Shown here piece after piece: positions 29,279 through 40,898 of a stretch of DNA of 64,000 nt. This DNA comes from Cyanobacteria bacterium P01_F01_bin.150 (lineage in GTDB: Bacteria > Cyanobacteriota > Cyanobacteriia > CAKZMO01), in assembly GCA_039189765.1 (NCBI GenBank), contig JBCCYL010000021.1:1-64000 (forward strand), written 5' to 3'. The position numbers and the translations under genes are program-made. The first letter of the stretch is position 1, and the number at the start of each line of letters is the position of its first letter. Below the pieces are notes generated by a model. The model was not told the DNA's origin. It did not search any database and worked only from the letters and a program-made list of their open reading frames with translations.

Positions 29279-31282
29279 TTGGCTTCTGGTTCAAACCCAT
29301 ACAGTCATATGCTTGTTTCGCCGTACCAACAGTTTCCCTTTTCGGTTCCTCGAACTTTCTCTGAGTTCTTCTCAATCGTCCAGCGTGCATTTCTGGCAAC
29401 TCATCACCCTAAAGTTGCACCTTCCAAAAGCGATCAGGAATTAAACTATGGGGCTCAAGCAGGTAGGGCAAAACCCAACATTTATGCGCTCCCCAAGGCT
29501 TCCGGCCATGAGTCATCACGAGCCAAGGGGCTTGATGCATCTGCATTAAAGCTTGTTAGTATATCGTTGCCGCTTGTGCTTCCCCGCAATAATGTTGATC
29601 CTGATTTTGCTAATGATGTCAGTACATCTACTCCAACTCTATCTTTATTGGCGGCACTAGAAATCCTATCAAAACCAACAGAACAGCATTTTTATTGGGA
29701 AAAACAAAATATTGGGGATGCCATTGCCGCAGTCGGATGTGTGGTGGAACAACAGATATCGGGGATCAATATCAATCTAGAAAACATTGTGGGGGACAAG
29801 ACGGACACCGATCGCTTTATTCAAACCCAACAAATTTTAGATAAATGGTTTGCTGCAACGACAGTATTGGGTGCATTGGATGTTCCATTTGCAGGCCCTC
29901 ATGCCTTTTGCCGATTTACTTTCTTTGATCAAGGGCTAAATGGAATCACTAATCATCCTTTTCCACCTGCCAGTGTTTTTATTCCCAAATGGCATATTGG
30001 CCAACATCATAATCAGCGAGTGTTTGTTGCCAATATTGCTCGGACAAAACCACATAGGGAGGAAATCCAACAATTGAGGCAAAAATGTCTGGACCTTTGG
30101 CAGATTTATCAACAGTTGCAGCAATCGCTTGACACTCCGCAAATAACAATATCAAACCCAACATTCTGCCGCAGAGGTGCTTCAGCCCATCAGTCGCCTG
30201 TAGCATTGCCTATAAGTGGCGACGCTCTTCATCCTGAATTCGATCGCATCACTTCAGCAACCACTTCCTCCTCCATTTTTCAACCAGCCGCATTATCCTT
30301 GGTTCTCTGTCGGGAAATAGAAGATTTAGACGGCTCTTGGGAGTTTACTCTGCAACATAAATCTAATGAGATACTGGCCGCTAATCCTTTGAGCACAGAT
30401 TCTTTGGGCACAGATTCTTTGAGTGTAGATTCTTCTAACGTTTGCTTGTCTAGTACCGTGTTCTTTCGCTTGCCCAGTCAGCAGAAAGACGCGTTCAAAC
30501 AGTCTGTTCAAGCGGCCCTGGAAGTAATAGAAACAACAGATATAGAAAAAGTCGTTCTAGCTCAACATTTTGATGTGGAGGTAGACACGCCCTTTCAGGT
30601 TTTTCCCTCACTTCATAACTTGCGCACGGGCCATAAAGACTGTCATATTTTTTCCACTGCCAATGGTCAAGGTCAGGTTTTTCTGGGGGCAAGTCCAGAG
30701 CGCTTGCTGAGCATACGCGATCGCACTCTCTACACGGAAGCGATCGCAGGCTCCGCTCCCCGTGGAACCACTCCAGCAGCCGACGAGAAGCTGGGCCATA
30801 GTCTTCTCGGCAACATCAAAGAACTGCATGAGCATCAGCTTGTGGTTAATTATCTAACCCAACAGTTAACTGAGCTTAAGCTTGAACCCCAGCGATCGCC
30901 TTTTCCAAAACTCCTACAGCTTCCCAATATTCAGCATCTTCATACCCCTATTTCAGCTAAGCTCCCCCTTGACCTTAATGCCCTCGACATTGTTAGTCAC
31001 CTTCATCCTACTCCAGCCGTTGCTGGAGTCCCTCAGGATGTCGCATGTGAGCTGATTCAGCAGCAAGAGGCCTTTGAGCGATCGCTCTATGCTGCCCCCA
31101 TTGGTTGGATCAACTATCAAGGGGACAGCGAATTTATTGTCGGCATTCGCTCTGCCCTGCTTGACGGCCACACCTCTCGCCTCTACGCCGGAGCAGGAAT
31201 TGTGCAGGGATCCGAGCCTAACCTGGAAGCCTCAGAAATTGAGCTAAAGCTCCAAGCTATGTTAACGACTCTTTTGTTTTAG
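29279..31282 (+). CDS. menF: Isochorismate synthase (with long insertions; start uncertain)
   Basis: EKVVLA, GASPERL, AIAGS, KELHEH, HLHTPI, LHPTPAVAG, IRSA, YAGAGIV. Confidence 0.88.
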   Translation: MASGSNPYSHMLVSPYQQFPFSVPRTFSEFFSIVQRAFLATHHPKVAPSKSDQELNYGAQAGRAKPNIYALPKASGHESSRAKGLDASALKLVSISLPLVLPRNNVDPDFANDVSTSTPTLSLLAALEILSKPTEQHFYWEKQNIGDAIAAVGCVVEQQISGININLENIVGDKTDTDRFIQTQQILDKWFAATTVLGALDVPFAGPHAFCRFTFFDQGLNGITNHPFPPASVFIPKWHIGQHHNQRVFVANIARTKPHREEIQQLRQKCLDLWQIYQQLQQSLDTPQITISNPTFCRRGASAHQSPVALPISGDALHPEFDRITSATTSSSIFQPAALSLVLCREIEDLDGSWEFTLQHKSNEILAANPLSTDSLGTDSLSVDSSNVCLSSTVFFRLPSQQKDAFKQSVQAALEVIETTDIEKVVLAQHFDVEVDTPFQVFPSLHNLRTGHKDCHIFSTANGQGQVFLGASPERLLSIRDRTLYTEAIAGSAPRGTTPAADEKLGHSLLGNIKELHEHQLVVNYLTQQLTELKLEPQRSPFPKLLQLPNIQHLHTPISAKLPLDLNALDIVSHLHPTPAVAGVPQDVACELIQQQEAFERSLYAAPIGWINYQGDSEFIVGIRSALLDGHTSRLYAGAGIVQGSEPNLEASEIELKLQAMLTTLLF

Positions 31283-31328
31283 ACTCCTAATATTTTAAGG
31301 ATTTCGTTGTGAGGCAAAATAAAATTAA

Positions 31329-31376
31329 GGGTGGAGTGGACGCATCGCGCCTACTCCACCCGACTAAAGTCGATAC
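31329..31376 (+). repeat. Dispersed hairpin + CTAAAGT(T/C)GATAC element, copy 1
   Basis: GGGTGGAGTGGACGC-ATC-GCGCCTACTCCACCC-GACTAAAGTCGATAC. Confidence 0.7.
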
Positions 31377-31389
31377 CCTGTTTTAAGTT

Positions 31390-32472
31390 TTAAGAGCCTA
31401 AGCAAATTCCCAATCCCCGTGCCGTTTTTACTAGCGTTCCGTCAGGATCGACGCTGCGATATTCGGCGATTGCTTCCTCAATCGGCACATGAATAACCTG
31501 ACGATTTTGCCAAGCCACCATGCGATCATATTTTTCCTCAGCAATTAAATCCACCGCCGCCACGCCAAACGAACTGGCCAATAATCGGTCTAGGGGGGAA
31601 GGCGTTCCTCCTCTTTGGACATGTCCTAATGTCGTTACCCGGGTTTCAGCCCCACTACATTTAGAAATAGCCTCGGCTAGATTTTGACCAATCCCTCCCA
31701 ATCGACATTGCCCCAGACTATTCGTGTTCATGACCGCTTCTCCCGCCTCAGTCTTAACCGCCTCTGCCACAATCGCCAAGGTAAAGTTCTGCCCTCGCTC
31801 TTTACGTTCGTGAATCTTGCGACAAATATTTTCAATCGTGTAGGGGATTTCTGGAATGAGAATCACATGGGCACCGCCTGCAATTCCAGCGCTGATAGCA
31901 ATATGGCCTGCATCTCGCCCCATCACTTCCAGGAGCATAACCCGACTATGGCTGGCAGCAGTGAAGTGCAGCCGATCCAGGGCTTCCGTAGCCGTATTTA
32001 CTGCCGTATCAAAGCCTACTGAGCGCTCTGTACTGCCCAAATCATTATCAATCGTTTTGGGAATCCCCACCAGGTTCATGCCGCCTTCCTGAGCCAAGCG
32101 TCGCAAAATTGCCAAACTGCCGTCTCCCCCGATGCCGATTACGGCATCAAGGCCCAGCCGTCGGTAGCCCTCGGCAATTTCTTGAGAACGATTTATCTCC
32201 GAGCCATCAGACATCGGATAGGCAAACGGATTGCCTTTATTGGTGGTTCCTAGGATGGTCCCCCCTGCCGTCAGAATAGAGTCAACCTGCTTAATATCCA
32301 GCGCCACAAATTCGGGTGGGCGATTCATCAATCCTTGGGTCGCACGGCAAATACCTAAGACTTCCCACTTATAATGGCCCACTGCTCGCCTAACCACTGC
32401 CCGAATCACAGCATTGAGGCCAGCGCAATCTCCACCACTGGTGAGAATACCAATTCGCTTAGGATGTGTCAT
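31390..32472 (-). CDS. pfkA: ATP-dependent 6-phosphofructokinase
   Basis: TSGGDCAGLN, GGDGS, PKTIDND, EVMGRDAG, LGHVQRGG. Confidence 0.95.
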   Translation of the reverse strand: MTHPKRIGILTSGGDCAGLNAVIRAVVRRAVGHYKWEVLGICRATQGLMNRPPEFVALDIKQVDSILTAGGTILGTTNKGNPFAYPMSDGSEINRSQEIAEGYRRLGLDAVIGIGGDGSLAILRRLAQEGGMNLVGIPKTIDNDLGSTERSVGFDTAVNTATEALDRLHFTAASHSRVMLLEVMGRDAGHIAISAGIAGGAHVILIPEIPYTIENICRKIHERKERGQNFTLAIVAEAVKTEAGEAVMNTNSLGQCRLGGIGQNLAEAISKCSGAETRVTTLGHVQRGGTPSPLDRLLASSFGVAAVDLIAEEKYDRMVAWQNRQVIHVPIEEAIAEYRSVDPDGTLVKTARGLGICLGS

Positions 32473-32820
32473 AGTTCTCCTGATATTGGTCTTGTTTGAG
32501 AGTCTAGAATCTGCAAGATCTAGGATTTAGCGACGTGGTACAGTCAGCAGCGCTGACTACCACAATAAAGATGCAAGAAACAGGCTATTTCCCTTAAGAT
32601 CCTGTACGTAAGTGGTCGGTAACACCGACTACTTACATTAAAAAGTGCAAGAAACACAACATGTTTCTTTGGAGGAGGATGCATACTCAACCAGTAGACC
32701 AAGTGGTGGACCGGGTTAGGACGGGCTTAATCCTTTTTCTAGAAAATTGTCATTGTTTGCTAACAGCAGTCTTTAAACAGACATATTTCCTTACATGCCA
32801 GGCTCTTTCAACCTGAAGAA

Positions 32821-32850
32821 TTGAGGTAAATCCCAGGAGATTTACCTCAA
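32821..32850. terminator. Inverted repeat downstream of proB
   Basis: TTGAGGTAAATC-CCAGGA-GATTTACCTCAA. Confidence 0.55.
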
Positions 32851-32870
32851 AATTAAAACTTGAGGAAGCA

Positions 32871-34031
32871 CTAGCTCAAAACTAAGTTGTCACGATGGAT
32901 AACAGTCTCTGCTCCCTCATAGCCAAGAATTTCAGGGATTTTTACAGATTTTTGCCCTTGAATTTTCGTCAGCTCGACATTGCTGTAGTTGACAATTCCT
33001 CGGGCAATTTCAGTGCCAGTGCGATCGCACACCTGAACCGCATCATTGGCCTGAAATTCCCCTTCTACCCCGGTTATCCCCGCTGCCAAAAGTGATTTTC
33101 CTCCATGCCGTACTGCGTTGACTGCACCAGTATCCAAATACACTTTGCCCAGGGCAATCAGTCCATGGGCAATCCAACGCTTGCGGGCATTGGCGGGTCG
33201 AGGCTGGGGATTAAATTGAGTGCCCAAGGATTCGCCTTGGAGAATTTTGAGAATGTTTTGGGGAGACTGACCGTCAGTAATTACCATCCGTACCCCTGAA
33301 GTCGTGGCAATCCGGGCTGCGGCCATTTTAGTCACCATGCCTCCGGTTCCCCAGGCTGAACCGCGATCGCCCACATCAATCCCCATGGCAACCAGTTGAT
33401 CCATACATTCCACTGTCTCAATTGGCTGGGCATCAGGCACTGTACGCGGATCGGCTGAATATAGTCGATCTACGTCCGTTAATAAAAATAACCAATCGGC
33501 CTCCACGACGCTGGCCACTAATGCTGATAACGTATCGTTATCGCCAAATTTTAGTTCCTCTACCGCCAACGTATCGTTTTCATTCACAATGGGCACTACT
33601 CCCAATTCCAATAATTGCTGAAATGTACGATAGGCATTTACATAGCGATGACGCTGGACTAAATCACCCCGGGTCAGCAATACCTGAGCAATGGGCTGGC
33701 GGAACACTGAGAACAAATCATCATATACTCGCATTAGCCTCCCTTGTCCCACCGCTGCCACCGCCTGCTTCATCGCCATAGACTTAGGCCGCTCTTGCAA
33801 TCCCAAACGGGTGCAGCCTACTCCTACAGCCCCAGAGGAGACTAGGACTACTTGGTGCCCTTGACGACAAAGCAAACAAAGCACTTCTACTAATGACGTG
33901 ATAGTGGATAGCGCTAGAAAGCCTGTTTCCGCGTTGGTAAGACTAGACGTACCGATTTTGACCACAATATTTTGGGGCACATCATGGTGGTGGAAATCGG
34001 AGGATGTGGGAATACTAGATGCCTGAGACAT
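32871..34031 (-). CDS. proB: Glutamate 5-kinase
   Basis: [29 protein letters not shown]-terminal PUA domain. Confidence 0.96.
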   Translation of the reverse strand: MSQASSIPTSSDFHHHDVPQNIVVKIGTSSLTNAETGFLALSTITSLVEVLCLLCRQGHQVVLVSSGAVGVGCTRLGLQERPKSMAMKQAVAAVGQGRLMRVYDDLFSVFRQPIAQVLLTRGDLVQRHRYVNAYRTFQQLLELGVVPIVNENDTLAVEELKFGDNDTLSALVASVVEADWLFLLTDVDRLYSADPRTVPDAQPIETVECMDQLVAMGIDVGDRGSAWGTGGMVTKMAAARIATTSGVRMVITDGQSPQNILKILQGESLGTQFNPQPRPANARKRWIAHGLIALGKVYLDTGAVNAVRHGGKSLLAAGITGVEGEFQANDAVQVCDRTGTEIARGIVNYSNVELTKIQGQKSVKIPEILGYEGAETVIHRDNLVLS

Positions 34032-34088
34032 ATTGGATCAGAAATGACAGACAGAACACCCTTATCAAAGCATGAGTTCTAAACATTA

Positions 34089-34127
34089 CAAAGCGCTGAA
34101 CACCTATGGGCGGAGTTCAGCGCTTTG
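34089..34127. terminator. Inverted repeat between yqeG and proB
   Basis: CAAAGCGCTGAAC ... GTTCAGCGCTTTG. Confidence 0.45.
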
Positions 34128-34308
34128 AGCGTATTCAATAGATTTTATTCCCTAGGGTCTAATATAAGGTGACCCCATTTATGATCTCATTATCGCCAAC
34201 GAAAAACGAATACCCCAAAAAACTAATGTTTTCTTTATATTTAGAACTGCAACTATTGATTGTGAATAATTTAGAAATGTAACAACACTTCTTTTCGCGA
34301 TTTTTCCC

Positions 34309-34839
34309 CTAAGGGGATGGCTTTACTGAAACGCCCAATAGCTCAGAGACCCAGATTTCGGTATTGCGGATAGCCTGTTTAGGCGATGGGCGATTATCCT
34401 CTTCGATGGGTTCAACCCAAATGGTTAACATTCCTAGGCGATTCCCCGCTAGAACATCGGTAAAAAGGCGATCGCCCACCATAGCCACCTCTGCTGCGGG
34501 AAGATTCATTGCTGTCAACGCCTGCCGTAATTTGCGGCGCGATGGTTTGAGGGCTCCAGCTAAGTAGGGTACATCCATGGATTCAGCAATAGCCCGAATC
34601 CGAGCGTCACTGGTGTTATTGCTAACTAACCATAGGGACACCAATGGCTTGATCTGCTCCAACCATGCTTTCAGATCTCCAGAAATAGCCGACCTTCGAA
34701 AGGGTACTAATGTTTCGTCAACATCTAGAATCATGCCCTTTAACCCGTAAGCTTTAAGGAGATCAGGCGTAAGTCCCAAGATCGTTTGTCCCAGAACAAC
34801 ATTAGGCTGCAACAGTGTTTTAGAAAACATTCGGAACAA
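34309..34839 (-). CDS. YqeG family HAD IIIA phosphatase
   Basis: LDVDETL, VSNN, KPS, MVGDRLFTDVLAGNRLG. Confidence 0.9.
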   Translation of the reverse strand: MFRMFSKTLLQPNVVLGQTILGLTPDLLKAYGLKGMILDVDETLVPFRRSAISGDLKAWLEQIKPLVSLWLVSNNTSDARIRAIAESMDVPYLAGALKPSRRKLRQALTAMNLPAAEVAMVGDRLFTDVLAGNRLGMLTIWVEPIEEDNRPSPKQAIRNTEIWVSELLGVSVKPSP

Positions 34840-34867
34840 TCATAAAATCAACATGATCTAGGCTATC

Positions 34868-35977
34868 CTATGAATCCTCTTCCCAAGGCTTTTCCCCTGC
34901 CTTTATTTTCGCTCCAACACTATTTTTAGCCGATTCATGCTGACTGAGGGTCGAACTAAAAATATGGGTGCCATCAAAACGGGCCATAAAATAGAGAAAT
35001 TCTGTTTCGCCAGGATTTAAGGACGCTTCTAAACTAGCCAGTCCGGGGGCGGCGATCGCGCCTGGAGGTAACCCCACGTTAATGTACGTATTGTAAGGGT
35101 GAGGCGTTCCCACCTCTGCATAGGTTAAGGGGCGATCAGGAGTTTGCTTGATCCCAAACGCGTACTCTACGGTTGGATCGGTTGCCAATGGAATGCCTTC
35201 TCGCAAACGACGAGCAAACACCGCAGCAATGGTGGGCCGTTCTTCTTGAATGACGGCTTCCCGTTCCACAATGCTAGCAAGCGTTACCCACTCCAATAAT
35301 GAATACGGCGATTGGGCTTCATTCTCTTGGTAAATGGGCAAAGCAGTTTGCTCAAACTGCCGGAGCATCTGCTCTACAATCATCTCAGGAGTAGGGTTGT
35401 CAGCAATATGATACGTGGATGGAAACAAAAAACCCTCCACATTTGCTCCTTTGGAAGTAATAGTCTTCTCTGGAAGCCAAGGATATTGCTCCCGCGTAAC
35501 GTTACGAGTAGCGGCCATAAAGTCTGCCGCACTAAACCAGCCCAGTTCTTCGAAATACTGGCCCATTTGAGTCACCGCCCACCCTTCTGGAATAGTGAAA
35601 CTCGTTTTGAGAACATCACCAGCCCATATTTGATTAGCAATGGTATTCAGAGGCAGTGAAGGCGATAGGGCATAGGTCCCAGCTAAAAATCCCCCCTCAC
35701 GGTTTTGAACCGTTTGCCATTTTGTCCAAAGATTCCATGCGTGGGCTGAACGAATTACTTTTGAATCAACTAAGAGCGTACCTATTTGCTGCGCAGACGT
35801 TCCATCTGGAATATCTACAACCGAAACTTTAGCGGCATCCGCAAGTAACTCATCTTGCTCAATGACAGATGAACTTGCCCAGCTCCACCATAACCACCCC
35901 TGCCAACCAAACGTTCCTAACGTTAAAGGCAGGAAAAGCAAATAGAAAAAATACCTGCCAATACGAACTCGTCCCAT
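34868..35977 (-). CDS. mltG: Endolytic transglycosylase MltG
   Basis: TIPEG, EGFLFPSTY, LASIVEREA, PYNTY, GLPPGAI. Confidence 0.93.
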   Translation of the reverse strand: MGRVRIGRYFFYLLFLPLTLGTFGWQGWLWWSWASSSVIEQDELLADAAKVSVVDIPDGTSAQQIGTLLVDSKVIRSAHAWNLWTKWQTVQNREGGFLAGTYALSPSLPLNTIANQIWAGDVLKTSFTIPEGWAVTQMGQYFEELGWFSAADFMAATRNVTREQYPWLPEKTITSKGANVEGFLFPSTYHIADNPTPEMIVEQMLRQFEQTALPIYQENEAQSPYSLLEWVTLASIVEREAVIQEERPTIAAVFARRLREGIPLATDPTVEYAFGIKQTPDRPLTYAEVGTPHPYNTYINVGLPPGAIAAPGLASLEASLNPGETEFLYFMARFDGTHIFSSTLSQHESAKNSVGAKIKAGEKPWEEDS

Positions 35978-35995
35978 AAAAAATAATTAAATAAA

Positions 35996-36574
35996 TTACA
36001 GCTCGTCAAACAACTGGTCCTCTAATTGAGGGCGAATTGCCTCAAACTCTTCAGGTTCGAGTACAATTGGTTTCCCATTTTGCTCTAAACGTACAAAAAT
36101 AAGCAAGGGATTAAGGGGGGTATAAATCACATATTCCTGCTCTTCATGAAAAAAGTTAGCCAGGATTTGGAAATCTTCCGATTCCAGTTCTCCTGATTCA
36201 TCGCTAAGGTCCAAGGTCACAATATCATTGTCGTCTGGCTCAGGCAGATCCCCCTTAGCCGTTAAAGTAAGAGCGGTCTGTGTGAGTTCCATCTCTTGTT
36301 CGGCAAGAACAGCACGGGCAGTTCGGAAAATAACGTCTACCTCATTATCCTCTAGGTCTACTAAAGACTCTTCCCCCTCTTCCCATGCGAAAATTTCTAC
36401 TGGGACATCGATAGGCAGGAGTAATGCATAATTGTCCCCGCCAATTTCCATCGATCGTTCAACATAACAATCAATGGTTCGACCCATAGCGTCAGTAATC
36501 ACCATGGTTTTTGGACTGGGGCTAGTCGATTCTCCAGATGTTCCATTGGAGTTTGATCCTATAAATTTATTCAT
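35996..36574 (-). CDS. DUF3727 domain protein
   Basis: Acidic protein with YALLLPIDVPVEIF and EYVIYTPLNP; sits upstream of mltG as in other cyanobacteria. ATG 36574 preferred. Confidence 0.8.
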   Translation of the reverse strand: MNKFIGSNSNGTSGESTSPSPKTMVITDAMGRTIDCYVERSMEIGGDNYALLLPIDVPVEIFAWEEGEESLVDLEDNEVDVIFRTARAVLAEQEMELTQTALTLTAKGDLPEPDDNDIVTLDLSDESGELESEDFQILANFFHEEQEYVIYTPLNPLLIFVRLEQNGKPIVLEPEEFEAIRPQLEDQLFDEL

Positions 36575-36842
36575 GAAATACCTATCTGCCTCAGCAGTGA
36601 AGCTATAGTTCTCGACCACGCTGCCAGTGACAACAGCTACAGGCATTGTAAGATTGTCACTATATGGAATGTACACCGAATAAGAGCAATCTAGCCAATT
36701 ATTAAGGCCGTCAAGATGAGCCTAGCCATTATTAGCTCTGGTCGTCATCAAAAGAAAATCCTATCGCACGGGTATATTATCAGGTTAAAGTCAGCATGCA
36801 CTATAGAGTTCAGCATTCTAAGCCTACTATCCTTACATAACA

Positions 36843-36891
36843 ATTAGACGGGTAAATAGAGGCTAAAGCTCACTCCATTTACCCGTCTAAT
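36843..36891. terminator. Inverted repeat downstream of pex
   Basis: ATTAGACGGGTAAAT ... ATTTACCCGTCTAAT. Confidence 0.6.
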
Positions 36892-36922
36892 AAATTGGTT
36901 AAATTAAAGTTAAGAAACCAAG

Positions 36923-37321
36923 CTACACAACATCACTTTTCGCAGGGTGGCTCCCAACGGAAAGCAAAACTTTGGGAGTATTTCGGCTAACATACTCTTG
37001 CCAAAGATGAGCCAACTCACGAGCCTCTCTCTGCCATTCTGGACAGACTTGATACATTCGCCGAGGTCGCCCTCGGCCTTCCACCTTTTTCCAATAACCA
37101 GTGATTGTAAGCTTGTCTTCCAAAAACTTCAACGCACTATATAAAACAGTGTCAGACAAACGGTAGGACGGATACTCGTGTTCCAGCAACTGGATCAATT
37201 CAGTGCCGTAAGAGTCTTGCTTTAGTAAAACGGCTAAGACGTAACAGACAGCAAGCTCTTTGTTGAGATAAAACGGAGGTGGATTACGGAAAAATTGATA
37301 GATATCTTCAAAAGACGTCAT
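36923..37321 (-). CDS. pex: PadR-family circadian period-extender Pex
   Basis: FEDIYQFFRNPPPFYLNKELAVCYVL...SYGTELI...LSDTVLYSALKFL...GRGRPRRMY. Confidence 0.85.
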   Translation of the reverse strand: MTSFEDIYQFFRNPPPFYLNKELAVCYVLAVLLKQDSYGTELIQLLEHEYPSYRLSDTVLYSALKFLEDKLTITGYWKKVEGRGRPRRMYQVCPEWQREARELAHLWQEYVSRNTPKVLLSVGSHPAKSDVV

Positions 37322-38155
37322 CGTATCTCATCCTAAGGGTGTGAGGAATATCGGCAATTTGGCATTTCAGGAACACTGGTCTAAAGGATGGAAATAGATT
37401 GCGTAGGAATAGGAATTCAATCTATCGCAGCCCACACATTCCAAGTCCTTTAGAAAAAAGTACATGAACCCATCTAAAACATTACCTAATCGTTTCATAA
37501 GGGAACGACAGCTATGGCAAAAACTAATTGGCCAGAATAACGAGAAATATACGCATCGCCCTTATTAGGCTTGCACACTCTCATTCTAGTCACTCCAAAC
37601 TGATTTCGTCTGTTATTTCTTCTAATTTAATGAACGGTCTTAGCATAGACACATATCATCATGATTTCTTATTTTTTATTTAACCCAACTCTGGATAATA
37701 CGGCCAAACGTAAAACGATTCGATACTCACCAAACCCTAGCTTATAAAAAATTAGCTTACTGTAAATGAACATCTAATCAGCAACAATGCTTGCAATGTA
37801 CCTAATTTTAGTTTCAAGGTTTCAAAAAAATGAGATTGTGCAAAAACTCTACCATCGTGCAGATAATAGCTCTACGCGATGAAGCCGACCTTTTAAGGTC
37901 AGGCTATAGTACATGTAAATCAAATGAATGTTCATTATTTTTTGTCTAAATTTATTTGGCAGAGTGCAGATCAATCTAATCCGCATCTCAATAGGATTGG
38001 CTCAACCGCTTCTTTTTGTTGAGTCATTTAGCAAGAGGTGGCATGATACAGTTTCTGACTCCCAGATCTTTTTAGCCTCTATTTATCGTGTAGACGGCTG
38101 GAAAGGTAATATGTTCCTGCCACGTTAATTCTTCCATTCTGTTACCTGAGGCATA

Positions 38156-38797
38156 ATGATATCCAATTCCTTTACTAATGCTATTTCAATCGATCAAATT
38201 AAGTACAACAAACAGGGGCTGGTTCCTGCGATCGCTCAGGACTATCTGGATGGAACTGTCTTAATGATGGCTTGGATGAATCGAGAAGCCTTGGAAAAAA
38301 CTCTTAGTGATGGCGAAGTCTGGTATTGGAGCCGTTCACGGTCTGAATTATGGCACAAAGGAGCGACCTCTGGCCATTATCAAAAACTCAAAACAATTCG
38401 TTATGACTGTGATAGCGATGTTTTACTGCTAACCATTGAGCAATTAGGGGATATTGCTTGTCACACTGGCGAGAGAAGTTGCTTCCATCAAATTGGAGAC
38501 GAAAAACAATCGCCTCCAGCCGATACGCTTTCCCAAGTTTTTGAAGTGATTTGCGACCGTCGTGATAACCCTTCCCCCAAATCGTATACCTGTAAGTTGC
38601 TGCATGGTGGTGACAATAAAATTCTCAAGAAGATTGGAGAGGAGGCTGCGGAAGTAGTGATGGCATGCAAGGATGACAACAAAGATGAAATTGCTGGAGA
38701 GGCGGCCGACTTGCTTTACCACACTCTAGTCGCTTTGGCCTATCACCATGTAGACATTCGAGATGTTTATAGAAAGTTACAAGATAGGCGACGATAA
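38156..38797 (+). CDS. hisIE: Bifunctional phosphoribosyl-AMP cyclohydrolase / phosphoribosyl-ATP pyrophosphatase
   Basis: [38 protein letters not shown]. Confidence 0.95.
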   Translation: MISNSFTNAISIDQIKYNKQGLVPAIAQDYLDGTVLMMAWMNREALEKTLSDGEVWYWSRSRSELWHKGATSGHYQKLKTIRYDCDSDVLLLTIEQLGDIACHTGERSCFHQIGDEKQSPPADTLSQVFEVICDRRDNPSPKSYTCKLLHGGDNKILKKIGEEAAEVVMACKDDNKDEIAGEAADLLYHTLVALAYHHVDIRDVYRKLQDRRR

Positions 38798-38852
38798 ACC
38801 AAATGTACGCTTTGCATCAACTTTACGAACAAAATTTGCCAGGTTTAAACAA

Positions 38853-38891
38853 CAAAACTGTAACCTTCATTTATGGAGGGTTACAGTTTTG
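38853..38891. terminator. Bidirectional terminator-like inverted repeat between convergent hisIE and sds
   Basis: CAAAACTGTAACCTTCA ... TGGAGGGTTACAGTTTTG. Confidence 0.65.
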
Positions 38892-38910
38892 CTTGTACAT
38901 AATGAGACCT

Positions 38911-39882
38911 CTAATACGTTCGACTCAGAACATAATCTGCTAGTTTTGCAAGGGCCTGGCGGGGCTCTGATTGAGGTAACCGCTCTAGATGGCGAATCGC
39001 CAATTCACTGTGGGTTCGTGCCAGCTTGCGAGTACGCTCTAACCCTTGGCTATTATCAATGAGAGCGATCGCTTTTTCAAAATCACCCTCTTCAGCAAAT
39101 TCACGATCAATCAAACGTGCTAGTGCAGGATGCTCTTCTAAGGCATAAAGGGCAGGAGCAGTGACATTTCCGCTTTTCAAATCAGAACAAGACGGCTTTC
39201 CCAATGCATCTTCCGAAGCAGTAAAGTCTAAAATGTCATCAATAATTTGAAACGCTAATCCTAAGTGACGACCATAACTATAGAGATCATCTGCAAGCTT
39301 TGAAGACACATCACTAAGTACGCCTGCGGCTCTGGCACTGTTAGCCAGTAGAGATGCTGTTTTATAGTAACTTTTCTCTATATATGCATCGATTGAAAGG
39401 TTGGTATCAAACCTATTAAGACCCTGCTGAATCTCGCCTTCAGCCAAATCCATAATTACCTGGGATAAAAGCTTCACTACGGTCAGGTTATCAAGATTAG
39501 CCAAATGCCAGGATGCCTGAGCAAATAAGAAATCTCCCGCAAGAACAGCAACCCGATTCCCAAAACTACTATGGACCGTCGGAACGCCCCTTCTCACTCC
39601 AGCTTCATCCACAACATCATCGTGGACAAGACTAGCTGTGTGAATCATTTCTGTAATCTCTGCTAGGCGTCGATGCTTAGCGGTGATGTCTTGCATTGGC
39701 ATCGTTGCCCTAGAAACCAATAGGACGATTGCCGGTCGGAGCCGCTTACCACCGGCTCCAAATAAGTGCTCTGCTGCCGCATATAGGATAGGATGTCGTG
39801 CACCAACTAACTGCTTAAGAGTCTCAGTCAAAACAGTGAGATCTGATTCGACGGGTGAAAATAAAGATGTCGCTGAGGTCAT
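38911..39882 (-). CDS. sds: Solanesyl diphosphate synthase
   Basis: GGKRLRP, HDDVVD, RRG, YYKTASL, FQIIDDILD. Confidence 0.92.
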   Translation of the reverse strand: MTSATSLFSPVESDLTVLTETLKQLVGARHPILYAAAEHLFGAGGKRLRPAIVLLVSRATMPMQDITAKHRRLAEITEMIHTASLVHDDVVDEAGVRRGVPTVHSSFGNRVAVLAGDFLFAQASWHLANLDNLTVVKLLSQVIMDLAEGEIQQGLNRFDTNLSIDAYIEKSYYKTASLLANSARAAGVLSDVSSKLADDLYSYGRHLGLAFQIIDDILDFTASEDALGKPSCSDLKSGNVTAPALYALEEHPALARLIDREFAEEGDFEKAIALIDNSQGLERTRKLARTHSELAIRHLERLPQSEPRQALAKLADYVLSRTY

Positions 39883-40898
39883 GGACGAACGGACTCAGAC
39901 TCTGAGTAACGATTTTTTACATATCATGTCTTTATTCTAAGACAAGCTTCTACATATTGGAGACTAAAAGCTAACTAATCTTTGTAAGAGGGTCCCCTTT
40001 AAAGTACTAAAAGGCTTGGTGCTACTGGATGCTAAGCCTTTGATGGCCCTAGAAAATATCTCCCATGTGGAAGAATTTATATCGTTTATGTTCTAATGCG
40101 AGATTTGGTCGCGCCTTGCTCCCCAATATTTCGTCGAATTTTCTCTTGTTTGAGTTTTAATCTTCTGATGTTGCCCACATTATTGAATATTGTCTGGCAA
40201 TAATTAAATTAAGCGTCAAAAAATATGATTTTTATACTGAAATCTCAATATAAATATTCGTGATTGTTTTGAACACCCAACATTGTTACGCGCATTTCAT
40301 GATGAATTGAAAGGCGTCAAACTTGATTCAAAAAGATATGAAGATGAATTCTGGGAAAAACATACTTTTTACCAGTTTTACTTAAAAAAAAAGCTAGAAT
40401 CCCCATTCAATCTTAGGAAAGTTATGTTAAACTAAACATAGGTATTAAAAAATAAAATAAGACAAGGCACAAGCCCTGCTTGTAAAAGTGAGATGGTGTG
40501 GTTCGGATGAAGCTGAGGGAATTTTCCTGTATTTGCTCCAGTAGAGTAATTTCTGAACTGTTTCTTGTGTGATTGATGTGTCACTGGCGATATGCTCCCA
40601 ATTTATGGAGTATAAGATTTTAAGCAATTTTCTCTCCTGTTCTTGAGAGAGGAAATTGCCAGTCGGCATCATGGTCTGCTAGTTCTTTCGGGTACTATTT
40701 ATTGTGCTTGGAGCGCTGCGCAGTGCCAGGATTTAGATAAGCTTTTTTAGAGCACTGGTTTTATCTCAATGCATGTTGCACATGGACTGGAGTAGTTCAG
40801 ATTGTAGCAAGCTACTTAAAATTAATCGTCATTCTAATTCATTTACTTATTTTATTTTGCATCATCCACCCTGAACACCTCCGAAGAACCGTACCATC

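Noticed and set aside
32536..32640. Two hairpins upstream of pfkA as a possible riboswitch
   Set aside because: No match to a riboswitch consensus I know; the dyads alone are not enough evidence.
40445..40672. 75-aa ORF starting MPTGNFLSQEQERKLLK, faintly like IS630-associated HTH N-termini
   Set aside because: The similarity covers only ~15 residues, with no transposase body or IRs visible.
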